Shown piece after piece: positions 1 through 9,035 of a stretch of 11,347 bases of DNA. The stretch is from Deltaproteobacteria bacterium (GTDB lineage: Bacteria; Myxococcota_A; UBA9160; SMWR01). Every line of letters starts with the position of its first letter. Positions within the stretch are counted from its first letter, which is position 1. The notes beneath the pieces were generated by a model that saw nothing but the letters and a program-made list of their open reading frames with translations, ran no database searches and had not been told where the DNA came from. The position numbers and the translations under genes are program-made. The stretch is taken from the NCBI GenBank assembly GCA_032128375.1, contig JAQBGU010000123.1:1-11347 (forward strand). Direction: 5' to 3'.

Positions 1-641
1 TGATCGCCTCGCTCTCGAAGATCGAGAACGTCCAGCCCCGCTCGACCGACTGCTCCGGAACCTCGAAGTCGAAGCTGCCCGTTCCCCGCAGGCCCATCAC
101 GTTCCAGTTCCCCTTCAGCGCGACCCGATCCATGGGGACGATGAAGGCGCGGATCTGGGGGAGCGCACCCTCGAAGGGCGCCAGCTCGCCAGCCCGCATG
201 ACCATGGCCGATCCACCCATGAACTCGGCGTGACCGCAGCCGCTTCCAAAGGGGTAGTGGCCGGAGACGCGGAAGCCCCCCTCCTGCTCGTGGGCGACGC
301 CCCAGCGGCGCGAACATGCCGGCCGCCGCCCGCGCGCGCGCGAGCACTCTGGCGGGCTCGGGTGCGAGGTAGGCGGAGTACGCCATCACGGTCGTGTTCT
401 GCGCAAACGCCCAGCCCACCGAGCCGTCCGCGAACGACAGTTCTTCGAAGACATCGATGATCGTGCTCGGATCGGCCTCGAGTCCTCCGAGGTCCCGGGG
501 GACCAGCAGCCGAAACAGACCGGATTCGACCAATTTGTCGACGATGGGCTTGGTCAGGGTCAGCTTCTCGTCGACGCGGTCCGCTTCCGATTCGATCAAC
601 TCACGCGGGTTCTGTGCAATTTTCAGCGGCGACGCCGTCAT
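1..641 (-). CDS. Acyl-CoA dehydrogenase-fold flavin-dependent monooxygenase/hydroxylase (HsaA/IacA-like oxygenase component); C-terminus runs off the window
   Basis: Not in the ORF track because there is no stop in the window. Manual translation from ATG at 641 (GGAGAA SD at 646-651): MTASPLKIAQNPRELIESEADRVDEKLTLTKPIVDKLVESGLFRLLVPRDLGGLEADPSTIIDVFEELSFADGSVGW...GMFAPLG...GFRVSGHYPFGSGCGHAEF...GNWNVMGLRGTGSFDF. LFRLLVPxxxGG, ADGSxGW, SGxxxFGSG and WxxxGLRGTGS are typical of this family. Confidence 0.9.
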   Translation of the reverse strand, partial: MTASPLKIAQNPRELIESEADRVDEKLTLTKPIVDKLVESGLFRLLVPRDLGGLEADPSTIIDVFEELSFADGSVGWAFAQNTTVMAYSAYLAPEPARVLARARAAAGMFAPLGRRPRAGGGLPRLRPLPLWKRLRSRRVHGWIGHGHAGWRAGALRGCAPPDPRLHRPHGSGRAEGELERDGPAGNGQLRLRGSGAVGRAGLDVLDLRERGD

Positions 642-673
642 CTCGTTCTCCAATTTCGGGCGATGCTCACCGT

Positions 674-1276
674 TCAGCGTCCGAGTACGGACGGTACGAC
701 GAAGCGCGAGACCAATGCTCGTTCCTCATTCACGTTGTCGCCCGGCATGGACAGCAGCGAGACGATGACGCGAATCAACCAGCGCGCGGTCAACAACCGC
801 TCGGCCCGCGCGGGCTCGCTTTCTCTCGCTTGGGCGATCGGAGCCAAGTGTGCAACGAATCCGTCTGCAAGCGCTTCGATCACCTCGGAGCCGCGCGACA
901 TACGCGCGGCAATTCCAGAATCCGCGAGCGCGAACCACGCCGCTGTTTCCGACGACCCTCGCACCTCGGCGACGGAGCGCACGATCGCCTCGATCAACCG
1001 TTCGCGTGGGTCGTCAATCCCGGCCACCGCGCGAGCGACTCGAGCCGAGATCTTCCGCGCCGAGTGATTCACGTAGGCGATGTGCAGTTCGTGGCGATTC
1101 TTGAAATAGCGATACAATGTTCCCCGCGAACAGCCCGCATGTTTCGCGATCTCCGCCATCCCCGTCGCCGACACGCCGAGTTCGCGAAAGGCGGCTGACG
1201 CCGCTTCGAGGATCTTTTCGACGGCCAGATCCGTCTGCTCCTCGCGCAACCATGCACCAGCCCGCCCACTACCCAC
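674..1276 (-). CDS. TetR/AcrR-family transcriptional regulator, Rv1255c-like
   Basis: HTH: KILEAASAAFRELGVSATGMAEIAKHAGCSRGTLYRYFKNR. C-terminal SEVIEALA and RWLIRVIVSLLSMPG...ERALVSRFVVP resemble M. tuberculosis Rv1255c as recalled. Start placed at GTG 1276-1274, which overlaps the P450 stop (TAGTG); the ORF-track start at 1378 lies inside the P450. Confidence 0.92.
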   Translation of the reverse strand: MGSGRAGAWLREEQTDLAVEKILEAASAAFRELGVSATGMAEIAKHAGCSRGTLYRYFKNRHELHIAYVNHSARKISARVARAVAGIDDPRERLIEAIVRSVAEVRGSSETAAWFALADSGIAARMSRGSEVIEALADGFVAHLAPIAQARESEPARAERLLTARWLIRVIVSLLSMPGDNVNEERALVSRFVVPSVLGR

Positions 1277-2487
1277 TATGCCGCGCCCCGGGCGCGAAAC
1301 GGCATCGACTCGTAGCGCCGAACAAAGTGACCGTTGGCGAATTTTCCCGCGTCGGGATCGACGACGAAATCTGGACACCGCGCCAGCAGTTCTTCCAGCG
1401 CGATCCGCGATTGCAGCCGCGCGGCCGCGGCCCCGATGCAGTGGTGCGGCCCATAGCCGAATGTGACGTGCCGGCGGATCCTCCGCGTGATATCGCAGTC
1501 TGATGCGGTAGGACCGAACTCACGCTCGTCGCGATTCGCAGAGGCGTACAGCAGCATCACCTTCTTTCGGCGCGGGATCGTCTGCTTCGTGCCCTCCACG
1601 TCGATCTCCACATCGCGGGTGGTCGTGCGGGCCAGTCCCTGGACAGGCGATGTCAGCCGCAGGAATTCCTCCAGTGCACGCGGCATCAACCCCGGATCCG
1701 CCAGCAGTCGCGCTCGCTGATCGGGGTGGCGCGAAAGCAGCTCTACTGCTCCGCTGAGTAAGCCCGTCGTCGTGTCGTTGCCTCCGGTAACCATCGTGAA
1801 GCCCATACCGAGGATCTGGGCCATCGAAACCGGTTCGCCGTCGATCTGGGCATGCACCAGTGTCGAGAGCATGTCGTCGACGGGATCGCTGCGTCGTTTC
1901 TCGATCAACGCGGCGAAGTAACCGAACATCTCTCCAACCGCTTCGCCGGCGCTCAGCACGTCGCCGAGTGCATTGGCTGCGACGATCGAATCGGTCCAGC
2001 GGTCGAACAGGCTGCGGTCTTCCTGTGGCACACCGAGAAAATGGGCGACCACCACGCTGGGCAGCGGCTTCAGCAACTCGCGGACGATGTCCCCCTCGCC
2101 CATTTCGCGCAGCCGTTCGACGCGCTCCACGACGAACGCACGGACCATCGGTTCGATCGCCTCGACCTGCTGCGGGGTAAATCGCTTGATGGAAAGTTTT
2201 CGCAGCTTGGTGTGGCCCGGAGGATCCATCATCACGATAGGCGCCTCGACTGACAGCTTCTCCATCTCGCCGTATGCCATCGTGAGACCGTCAGCCGACG
2301 AGAACGTCGCAGCGTCGTTGACGGCAGCAAACACGTCGTCGAACCGCGATAACACCCAGTAGTCCCCGTCATCGGAGGCCACGCGGTGGACCGGGTCGTG
2401 ATCCCGAAGAGCGCGATACATCGTGAACGGGTCGCGCCAGCTTTCGCCGCCGCGGGGTTCGAAGATTGCCGAGCCGGTCTTGGGCAT
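1276..2487 (-). CDS. Cytochrome P450, CYP130-like (403 aa)
   Basis: Heme motif FGYGPHHCIG, K-helix EEFLR, I-helix FTMVTGGNDTTTG (GGNDT in place of AGxET). MYRALRDHDPVH, KPLPSVVVAHFLGVP and LRLTSPVQGLARTTTRDV match recalled CYP130 (Rv1256c) segments. AGAGGGA SD upstream of the ATG. Confidence 0.95.
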   Translation of the reverse strand: MPKTGSAIFEPRGGESWRDPFTMYRALRDHDPVHRVASDDGDYWVLSRFDDVFAAVNDAATFSSADGLTMAYGEMEKLSVEAPIVMMDPPGHTKLRKLSIKRFTPQQVEAIEPMVRAFVVERVERLREMGEGDIVRELLKPLPSVVVAHFLGVPQEDRSLFDRWTDSIVAANALGDVLSAGEAVGEMFGYFAALIEKRRSDPVDDMLSTLVHAQIDGEPVSMAQILGMGFTMVTGGNDTTTGLLSGAVELLSRHPDQRARLLADPGLMPRALEEFLRLTSPVQGLARTTTRDVEIDVEGTKQTIPRRKKVMLLYASANRDEREFGPTASDCDITRRIRRHVTFGYGPHHCIGAAAARLQSRIALEELLARCPDFVVDPDAGKFANGHFVRRYESMPFRARGAA

Positions 2488-2519
2488 TTGTCCCTCTAGA
2501 AATTCATCGATTGGGAAGA

Positions 2520-2549
2520 GCTATAGAACAAATATCAAAATATGTCTCA
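2520..2549 (-). promoter_or_regulatory. Candidate sigma70 promoter of the P450 operon overlapped by an imperfect palindrome (putative TetR operator)
   Basis: Minus strand reads GAGACA-N17-TATAGC. AT-rich patch in GC-rich DNA. TAGAACAAATATCAAAATATGTCTCA (2524-2549) is an imperfect dyad (ACA.AT.T..A.AT.TGT). Confidence 0.45.
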
Positions 2550-2679
2550 CAGAATCGACAAGACAGCTCTATTTGACCTGTAGCAAGTCGTTACGGGTTG
2601 CTCGTTCGCCGTCTCGGGGCGAGCGCCTCCACCTCAGCGGCTGAGCACCTTCTTTCCGCTGGCCAGCCAGAACGCGCGT

Positions 2680-3897
2680 TCAGGACGGGTTTGGGTGACG
2701 GACTGACTCCAGGAACGCCGCCGCTGCGCGAACCGCGTAGGCGCTGCGGACGGAGTGGAACGTGTCGAAGGCGTGCTGTCCGCCCGGGAACTCCAGGTAA
2801 TGGACCGCGCTCTTGGACTTTTCGCGCAGCGCTCTTGTGAACTCGCGGGCTTCGTTCGCCCAGGCCAGCGAATCGTGACTGCCTTGGATGAGTAGGAACG
2901 GCGGCGCTTCTGCCACGACCCGCTCGATCGGCGACATCGCGCTCCAGAGTTCCGGATTCTCTTCGGGCTGACACTGGAACATGTTTTTCGCAAGGAACGG
3001 TTGCATCGAATGGGACCCGCGCAGCCCTGCCCGATCGAGGAAATCATATACACCGTAGAACGGCACCGCGGCTGCGACGCGGGTATCTGCTGATTCGAAT
3101 CCCGGCTGAAACGCCGGATCGTTGGGCGTCAACGCCGCGAGAGCCGTCAGATGCCCTCCCGCGGAGCCACCGGTAACACAGATGAATTCCGGATCAGCAC
3201 CGTACGCATCTGCGTGTTCGCGAATCCAGGCAATCGCGCGCTTCACGTCGACGATATGGTCGGGAAAGACCGCTTTGGGGGAGAGCCGATAGTTCATCGC
3301 AAAGCATACCCAGCCGTGTTCCGCGAGGTATCCCATCAACGGGCCGCCCTGGTGCTCCTTGCTGCCGATCATCCAACCGCCGCCGTGAATCTGCAACAGC
3401 ACGGGACGCTTTTGACCGGTCGATTCTGGTAACACGACATCGATTCGGTTCCGGCCGCCTTTGTCGCGCTCCAGCTCTTCGCCGTATTCAAGGTCGCTGA
3501 TACGTCGAACGCCCGTGCGCTTCATCCGGAACGGGTGCAAAAAGCCGTGAACTGATGAGACCCGCGTGTCGAGAGCCCAGCCCTGCTCCTGCGCGAACGA
3601 TGCGACGTCGTCGCGTGCGTCGACCGATCGCAGATGGCAAGCGATCAGCGTCCCGCAGGCGGCCAGGTTCAGCGCCAGTGCAAACACTCCGGCACCACTC
3701 GCTAGTGCCCCAGCACCGGCGAATGCAATCGTCACCAGCGCGTGAAGCAGCACGAGTTGGAGGGCCAACTCGCCCGCGATCCAGGCCCCGAAGAAATAGA
3801 CGGGAACCAACATCCCGATTCGGCGCGCGGGAAACCATGCGGCGGCCGCAAAAGCGGCGCCGAGCGCACTCCAGACCAGGTAGAGGGCGGTTTCCAT
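2680..3897 (-). CDS. HSL-like alpha/beta hydrolase (esterase/lipase, mycobacterial LipM/LipO type) with N-terminal membrane segments, 405 aa
   Basis: QIHGGGW oxyanion motif, NYRLSP, TGGSAGGHL nucleophile elbow, QGSHDSL (Asp) and GGQHAFD (His); hydrophobic N-terminal ~90 aa. Start placed at ATG 3897 (METALYL); the ORF-track extension to 4281 overlaps the divergent gene. Confidence 0.9.
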   Translation of the reverse strand: METALYLVWSALGAAFAAAAWFPARRIGMLVPVYFFGAWIAGELALQLVLLHALVTIAFAGAGALASGAGVFALALNLAACGTLIACHLRSVDARDDVASFAQEQGWALDTRVSSVHGFLHPFRMKRTGVRRISDLEYGEELERDKGGRNRIDVVLPESTGQKRPVLLQIHGGGWMIGSKEHQGGPLMGYLAEHGWVCFAMNYRLSPKAVFPDHIVDVKRAIAWIREHADAYGADPEFICVTGGSAGGHLTALAALTPNDPAFQPGFESADTRVAAAVPFYGVYDFLDRAGLRGSHSMQPFLAKNMFQCQPEENPELWSAMSPIERVVAEAPPFLLIQGSHDSLAWANEAREFTRALREKSKSAVHYLEFPGGQHAFDTFHSVRSAYAVRAAAAFLESVRHPNPS

Positions 3898-4027
3898 CGG
3901 ACGGTAGTATGCCAGGTCCAGCGGCAATTGGGGTACGAACCGCGATGAGGCTACTTGACGGCCGCCCTCCAGTTCGGGACACCTAGTGCCGATTAGCCTG
4001 CTATCTCCCCCCCAAGGGAAATCGAAC

Positions 4028-4933
4028 TTGGCCATCGCTGACACTCGCGAATACCTTTGGGGTTTCCACGAGCGTTCCAGATCGGGCGGGAGCCCACTGC
4101 CGCCGCACGGCGAGCGCGTCGAGTTGCCGGGACGCGGATCGATATTTGTCCGCAACGTGGACGGGCCGAAAGGAGCGCTACCGGTTGTTCTGGTGCACGG
4201 CTGGGTCGCTACCGGTGGGCTCAATTGGTTCCGCGCCTTCGATCCGCTCAGTCGGCATTTCCGGGTGATCGCACCCGACATGCGAGGTCATGGTCGGGGA
4301 ATTCGGAGCTTTCGTCCATTTGCGCTGGAGGACTGCGCAGACGACATCGCCGCATTGTTGGAATCCATGAACACCGGTCCGGCTGTGATAGTCGGCTACT
4401 CGATGGGTGGCCCCGTCGCGCAACTGCTTTGGCGACGCCACCGAGACAGGGTCGCGGGACTGGTGATGGTTGCAACGAGCGCGCGCCCGATCCGAACCGA
4501 TCGCGCCTCGCAGGTGTTCGGTAGATTCATGGGCGGCGCCGCTTTGGCAGGACGGATTCCGGAATACGCGACCTGGCTGCCGCGCCGACTCGCACGCAGC
4601 GTCGGCAAACCGCGCGAGCGTCAACGGACCACTTCGTTGTCGACCTGGGCGCGCGCTGAAATGCGGCGGCACAACCTGCGCCAACTGCTCGAAGCGGGCG
4701 CGGAACTCGGTCGCTACGACGCGCGCGGTTGGATCGGAGAGATCGATGTGCCTACCGTCGTCATCGTCACGGAGCGTGATCGCGCGATGCCCGTGGCTGA
4801 TCAATTGGCGCTCGCGAACGGCATCCCTCGCGCCAGCGTACACCGACTCGACTCGGGGCATTTATCCTGTGTATCACCGAATTTCGGCCACGCAGTTCTC
4901 GCGGCGTGCCGCGACGTTGCGGAGCGTCTCTAG
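4028..4933 (+). CDS. Alpha/beta fold hydrolase (Abhydrolase_1 type)
   Basis: VVLVHGW, VIAPDMRGHG, GYSMGG (GxSxG), ERDRAM (Asp), DSGHL (His). TTG at 4028 preceded by AAGGGA is preferred; GTG 3986 is the alternative start. Confidence 0.88.
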   Translation: MAIADTREYLWGFHERSRSGGSPLPPHGERVELPGRGSIFVRNVDGPKGALPVVLVHGWVATGGLNWFRAFDPLSRHFRVIAPDMRGHGRGIRSFRPFALEDCADDIAALLESMNTGPAVIVGYSMGGPVAQLLWRRHRDRVAGLVMVATSARPIRTDRASQVFGRFMGGAALAGRIPEYATWLPRRLARSVGKPRERQRTTSLSTWARAEMRRHNLRQLLEAGAELGRYDARGWIGEIDVPTVVIVTERDRAMPVADQLALANGIPRASVHRLDSGHLSCVSPNFGHAVLAACRDVAERL

Positions 4934-4966
4934 CAGAGCGAGCGGTGGCGAAGCGCGTCCGGCCGA

Positions 4967-5524
4967 TCAGCACGGGGAGCTGTCCTCGAGTAACGCCGCG
5001 ACCGCGAACACGTGATCGTCGTCGGCGCCAATGGCGCGCAGCGAGTCGGCGAGCCGCATCGCGTACTCGCGGTTGGGCCCGCTTGGGCCGTGAGAAGCAC
5101 GAATCTGGTTCGCGATGTCGATTTCGCTGGCAGGGCCCAGGTAGTTCGGATTGCTGTGGGTCGCGATGTAGACCCACGCCGCAACGACTCGCGCTGGCCC
5201 GAATCGGACCTCGACCCGTTCGCGCGAAAATCCGCCGCGCTCACGGTGGTCGAGATTCGCCAGGACCGACGCGCGCTCGTCGGACGACACGCGATAGGCC
5301 ATCCCCCAGCAGTGTCCGGCTTCAGCGGGTACGAGCGTCACGACCCGTCCGGGCCCACTCGGCGTTCCGCGATGATCGGTCGACCCCTGCCAGAATCGCC
5401 GCCAATAGCCACGAATCATCCCAGCACGTTTTTCGACATACGCAAACTCCGGGCTCCATACGAGCGACCCGTAGCCGAAGACCCAGAGTGGATCGTCCGT
5501 ATTGTCTTCGACGCAGTCTTCCAT
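4967..5524 (-). CDS. chaC: ChaC-family glutathione-specific gamma-glutamylcyclotransferase
   Basis: LWVFGYGSLVW, RRFWQGSTDHRGTPSGPGRVVTL, LDHRERGGF (catalytic Glu), GPSGPNREY. ATG at 5524 gives 185 aa. Confidence 0.93.
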   Translation of the reverse strand: MEDCVEDNTDDPLWVFGYGSLVWSPEFAYVEKRAGMIRGYWRRFWQGSTDHRGTPSGPGRVVTLVPAEAGHCWGMAYRVSSDERASVLANLDHRERGGFSRERVEVRFGPARVVAAWVYIATHSNPNYLGPASEIDIANQIRASHGPSGPNREYAMRLADSLRAIGADDDHVFAVAALLEDSSPC

Positions 5525-5588
5525 GCTCAGCTTTCCATGCTCAGCTTTCCTTGCTCGCCTTTGCTTGCTCGCCCTTGCTTGCCGGCGA
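5519..5588. repeat. Degenerate 14-bp tandem repeat, ~5 units
   Basis: TTCCATGCTCAGCT / TTCCATGCTCAGCT / TTCCTTGCTCGCCT / TTGCTTGCTCGCCC / TTGCTTGCCGGCGA. Confidence 0.8.
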
Positions 5589-5628
5589 AGGCAAGATCCT
5601 ATTCGAAACGCTCTTCCAGCGTCGAGTC

Positions 5629-5664
5629 TGGACGCAATTCGCAAGCACACATACAGTCGAGACG
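5629..5664 (+). promoter_or_regulatory. Candidate sigma70 promoter of apaG, positioned to give a leaderless mRNA
   Basis: TGGACG (5629-34) - 17 nt - TACAGT (5652-57) - 7 nt - ATG (5665); no clear SD. Confidence 0.5.
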
Positions 5665-6048
5665 ATGTCGACTTCAGAGGCTACGACGCGAGATATCTGC
5701 GTGCACGTCGAGAGCCGCTTCTCGCCCGAACATTCCGATCCCTCGCGATGGTTTTTCCTCTACACGATTCGGATCTCCAACCGTGGCGACGAATCCGTGC
5801 AGCTGATCTCGCGGCACTGGATCATCCGCGACGCAACAGGTCGGGTGGAAGAGGTCCGCGGCGACGGGGTGGTCGGTAATCAGCCGATAATCGAACCGGG
5901 CGATTCGTTCGAATACACATCGGGGTGCCCGTTGCCCACACCGTTCGGCACGATGCAGGGCGCCTATCAGATGGTCACGACCAGCGGCAGCCAGTTCGAA
6001 GCGGAGGTCGCCGAGTTCGTGCTGCGCGAACCTGGGGCGATTCACTAG
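5665..6048 (+). CDS. apaG: ApaG / CorD (Co2+/Mg2+ efflux-associated protein), 127 aa
   Basis: FFLYTIRISN, VQLISRHWII, EEVRGDGVVGNQP, FEYTSGCPLPTPFGTMQGAY. This is the C-terminal part of ORF-track entry 4906..6048. Confidence 0.96.
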   Translation: MSTSEATTRDICVHVESRFSPEHSDPSRWFFLYTIRISNRGDESVQLISRHWIIRDATGRVEEVRGDGVVGNQPIIEPGDSFEYTSGCPLPTPFGTMQGAYQMVTTSGSQFEAEVAEFVLREPGAIH

Positions 6049-6060
6049 GGACTCGACAGA

Positions 6061-6115
6061 AGTCTCGTGTCCCCCTCCAGGGTTCGCAAAGCAAACCCGC
6101 ACCCCCTGCGAGACT
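6061..6115. terminator. Nested hairpin between convergent apaG and the AEC transporter (possible terminator)
   Basis: Outer AGTCTCG (6061-67) / CGAGACT (6109-15); inner GGGTTCGC-AAA-GCAAACCC (6080-98). No U-tract. Confidence 0.3.
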
Positions 6116-6180
6116 GCCGTGGTCCAGCGTCGGGCTGCAGCAGAACCTCGCCTTCGAGACAAGCTGGAATCAAGTCGGAA

Positions 6181-7044
6181 TCAGGTCAGAAAATAGAGAA
6201 TGCCGGGAATCGTCACGAGGCTGAGCAGCGTCCCGAGGACTACCGCTGACGCGACCAGCGACGGGTCGGTCTGATAGCGCTGCGCCATGATCACGTTGAT
6301 CACCGCCGCCGGCATGATCGACCCGAGCAACAGGACTTTTCGCTCGACGCCATCGACATCGAATAGCGCGACGAACAGCACGGCAAACGCCAGGCCCCCG
6401 AATACGCGAATACCGACCACGACGACGCCGTGCTGAAAGTCATCGATCGAGAGCGTTCGCAGTTGCATACCCAGGTTGAGCAGCATCAACGGGATCGCCA
6501 TGGCACCGAGCATCTCGATCGGCTCCATCAACATCCGCGGCAGGGTCTGGCCCGAGAGCGCCAGTATCAAGCCTCCGACGCTCCCGTATACGAGCGGCAT
6601 GCGGACGACCTCCGACAACCCGTTTTCGCCCTTCGCGATCCACAGGCCGACCGTCGAATTCAAGATGGCCATCGTCACGAAGATCACCGCTGCGGCCTGC
6701 AACCCAGGCTCGCCAAACGCCAGCCGCGCCAGAGGAAGTGTCAGGTTTCCGGCGTTCCAGAAGACAGCGGATAGGAAAATTCCCCGGCGCCCGTTGGTCC
6801 GGAAGTACATCCAAGCGAGCCCGGCCGTACCGACTACCACCCACAACGCGCCGCCGATCAGTTCGCCCCAGGCTGCTGGATTGACATCGGCATCGGCCAG
6901 CACCGAGAACATCAATGCCGGGGAGGTCACCAGCAGTGCGAGATCTGCCAGCGTGGACAGCTGCAACTGACTTCGGGCGGCCAGCAGCCAGCCGAGAAGA
7001 ACGATGCAGAAGATCGGGATCGTCGTGTCGATCAATACGCTCAA
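6181..7044 (-). CDS. AEC (auxin efflux carrier / malate permease) family transporter, 287 aa
   Basis: About 10 TM segments; PIFCIVLLGW, TSPALMF, FWNAGNLTLPL, GAMAIPLMLLNLG, IMPAAV, LGTLLSLVTIP. Confidence 0.92.
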   Translation of the reverse strand: MSVLIDTTIPIFCIVLLGWLLAARSQLQLSTLADLALLVTSPALMFSVLADADVNPAAWGELIGGALWVVVGTAGLAWMYFRTNGRRGIFLSAVFWNAGNLTLPLARLAFGEPGLQAAAVIFVTMAILNSTVGLWIAKGENGLSEVVRMPLVYGSVGGLILALSGQTLPRMLMEPIEMLGAMAIPLMLLNLGMQLRTLSIDDFQHGVVVVGIRVFGGLAFAVLFVALFDVDGVERKVLLLGSIMPAAVINVIMAQRYQTDPSLVASAVVLGTLLSLVTIPGILYFLT

Positions 7045-7125
7045 CAGGCGGCAACTTAGAGCGAATCGGGCCGACGGGCTTGGCGAGATCGCCGATCGGA
7101 CCAGAGCCGCGTCTCGAGGGCCGGG

Positions 7126-7172
7126 TTGACACGAGGGACTTCATGTACAACACTACATCCGCATGAACGGAT
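7126..7172 (+). promoter_or_regulatory. ahcY promoter candidate with palindromic operator (SahR-type architecture)
   Basis: Perfect TTGACA (7126-31), 17 nt, AACACT (7149-54); ATCCG-CATGAA-CGGAT (7157-72) over the predicted +1. Confidence 0.6.
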
Positions 7173-7213
7173 TCATACCTTTTCCACAACACACCTGACC
7201 GGATCTCCGCTGA

Positions 7214-8809
<1,596 letters not shown>

Positions 8810-8810
8810 C

Positions 8811-8972
8811 CCAGCCAGAGGTCGCTCGACAGTCTAGAGGCATGGTCCCTGCTGGGCCCCAGAAGCACTTGAGCTACAACCGGCCAGCCAGAGGTCGCTC
8901 GACAGCTAGAGGCATGGTCCCTGCTGGGCCCCAGAAGCACTTGAGCGACAACCGGCCAGCCAGAGATCGCTC
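8811..8972. repeat. ~72-bp tandem repeat, 2 full units + 17-bp partial, with internal inverted repeats
   Basis: Units 8811-8883 (73 bp) and 8884-8955 (72 bp) differ by one indel and one substitution; third unit start CCAGCCAGAGATCGCTC at 8956-8972. Confidence 0.95.
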
Positions 8973-9035
8973 ATCAGCCAGACGGAAAACCGACCACGAC
9001 GGGAAACCAACGCGTGCGAAAGTGCTTTATTTTTA

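Noticed and set aside
3898..4281. N-terminal extension giving a 533-aa esterase
   Set aside because: It overlaps the divergent hydrolase on the opposite strand; open-frame shadow in GC-rich DNA.
4906..5664. 380-aa ApaG fusion protein
   Set aside because: The upstream part is the Arg-rich antisense shadow of chaC; ApaG homology and a promoter candidate begin at 5665.
8843..8865. tRNA-like 3' end (...CCCAGCAGGGACCA, minus strand) inside each 72-bp unit
   Set aside because: No TTCRA T-loop and no match to the neighbouring tRNA fragment; ACCA is probably chance.
8811..8972. CRISPR array
   Set aside because: Whole 72-bp units are duplicated with no unique spacers, and there are no cas genes.
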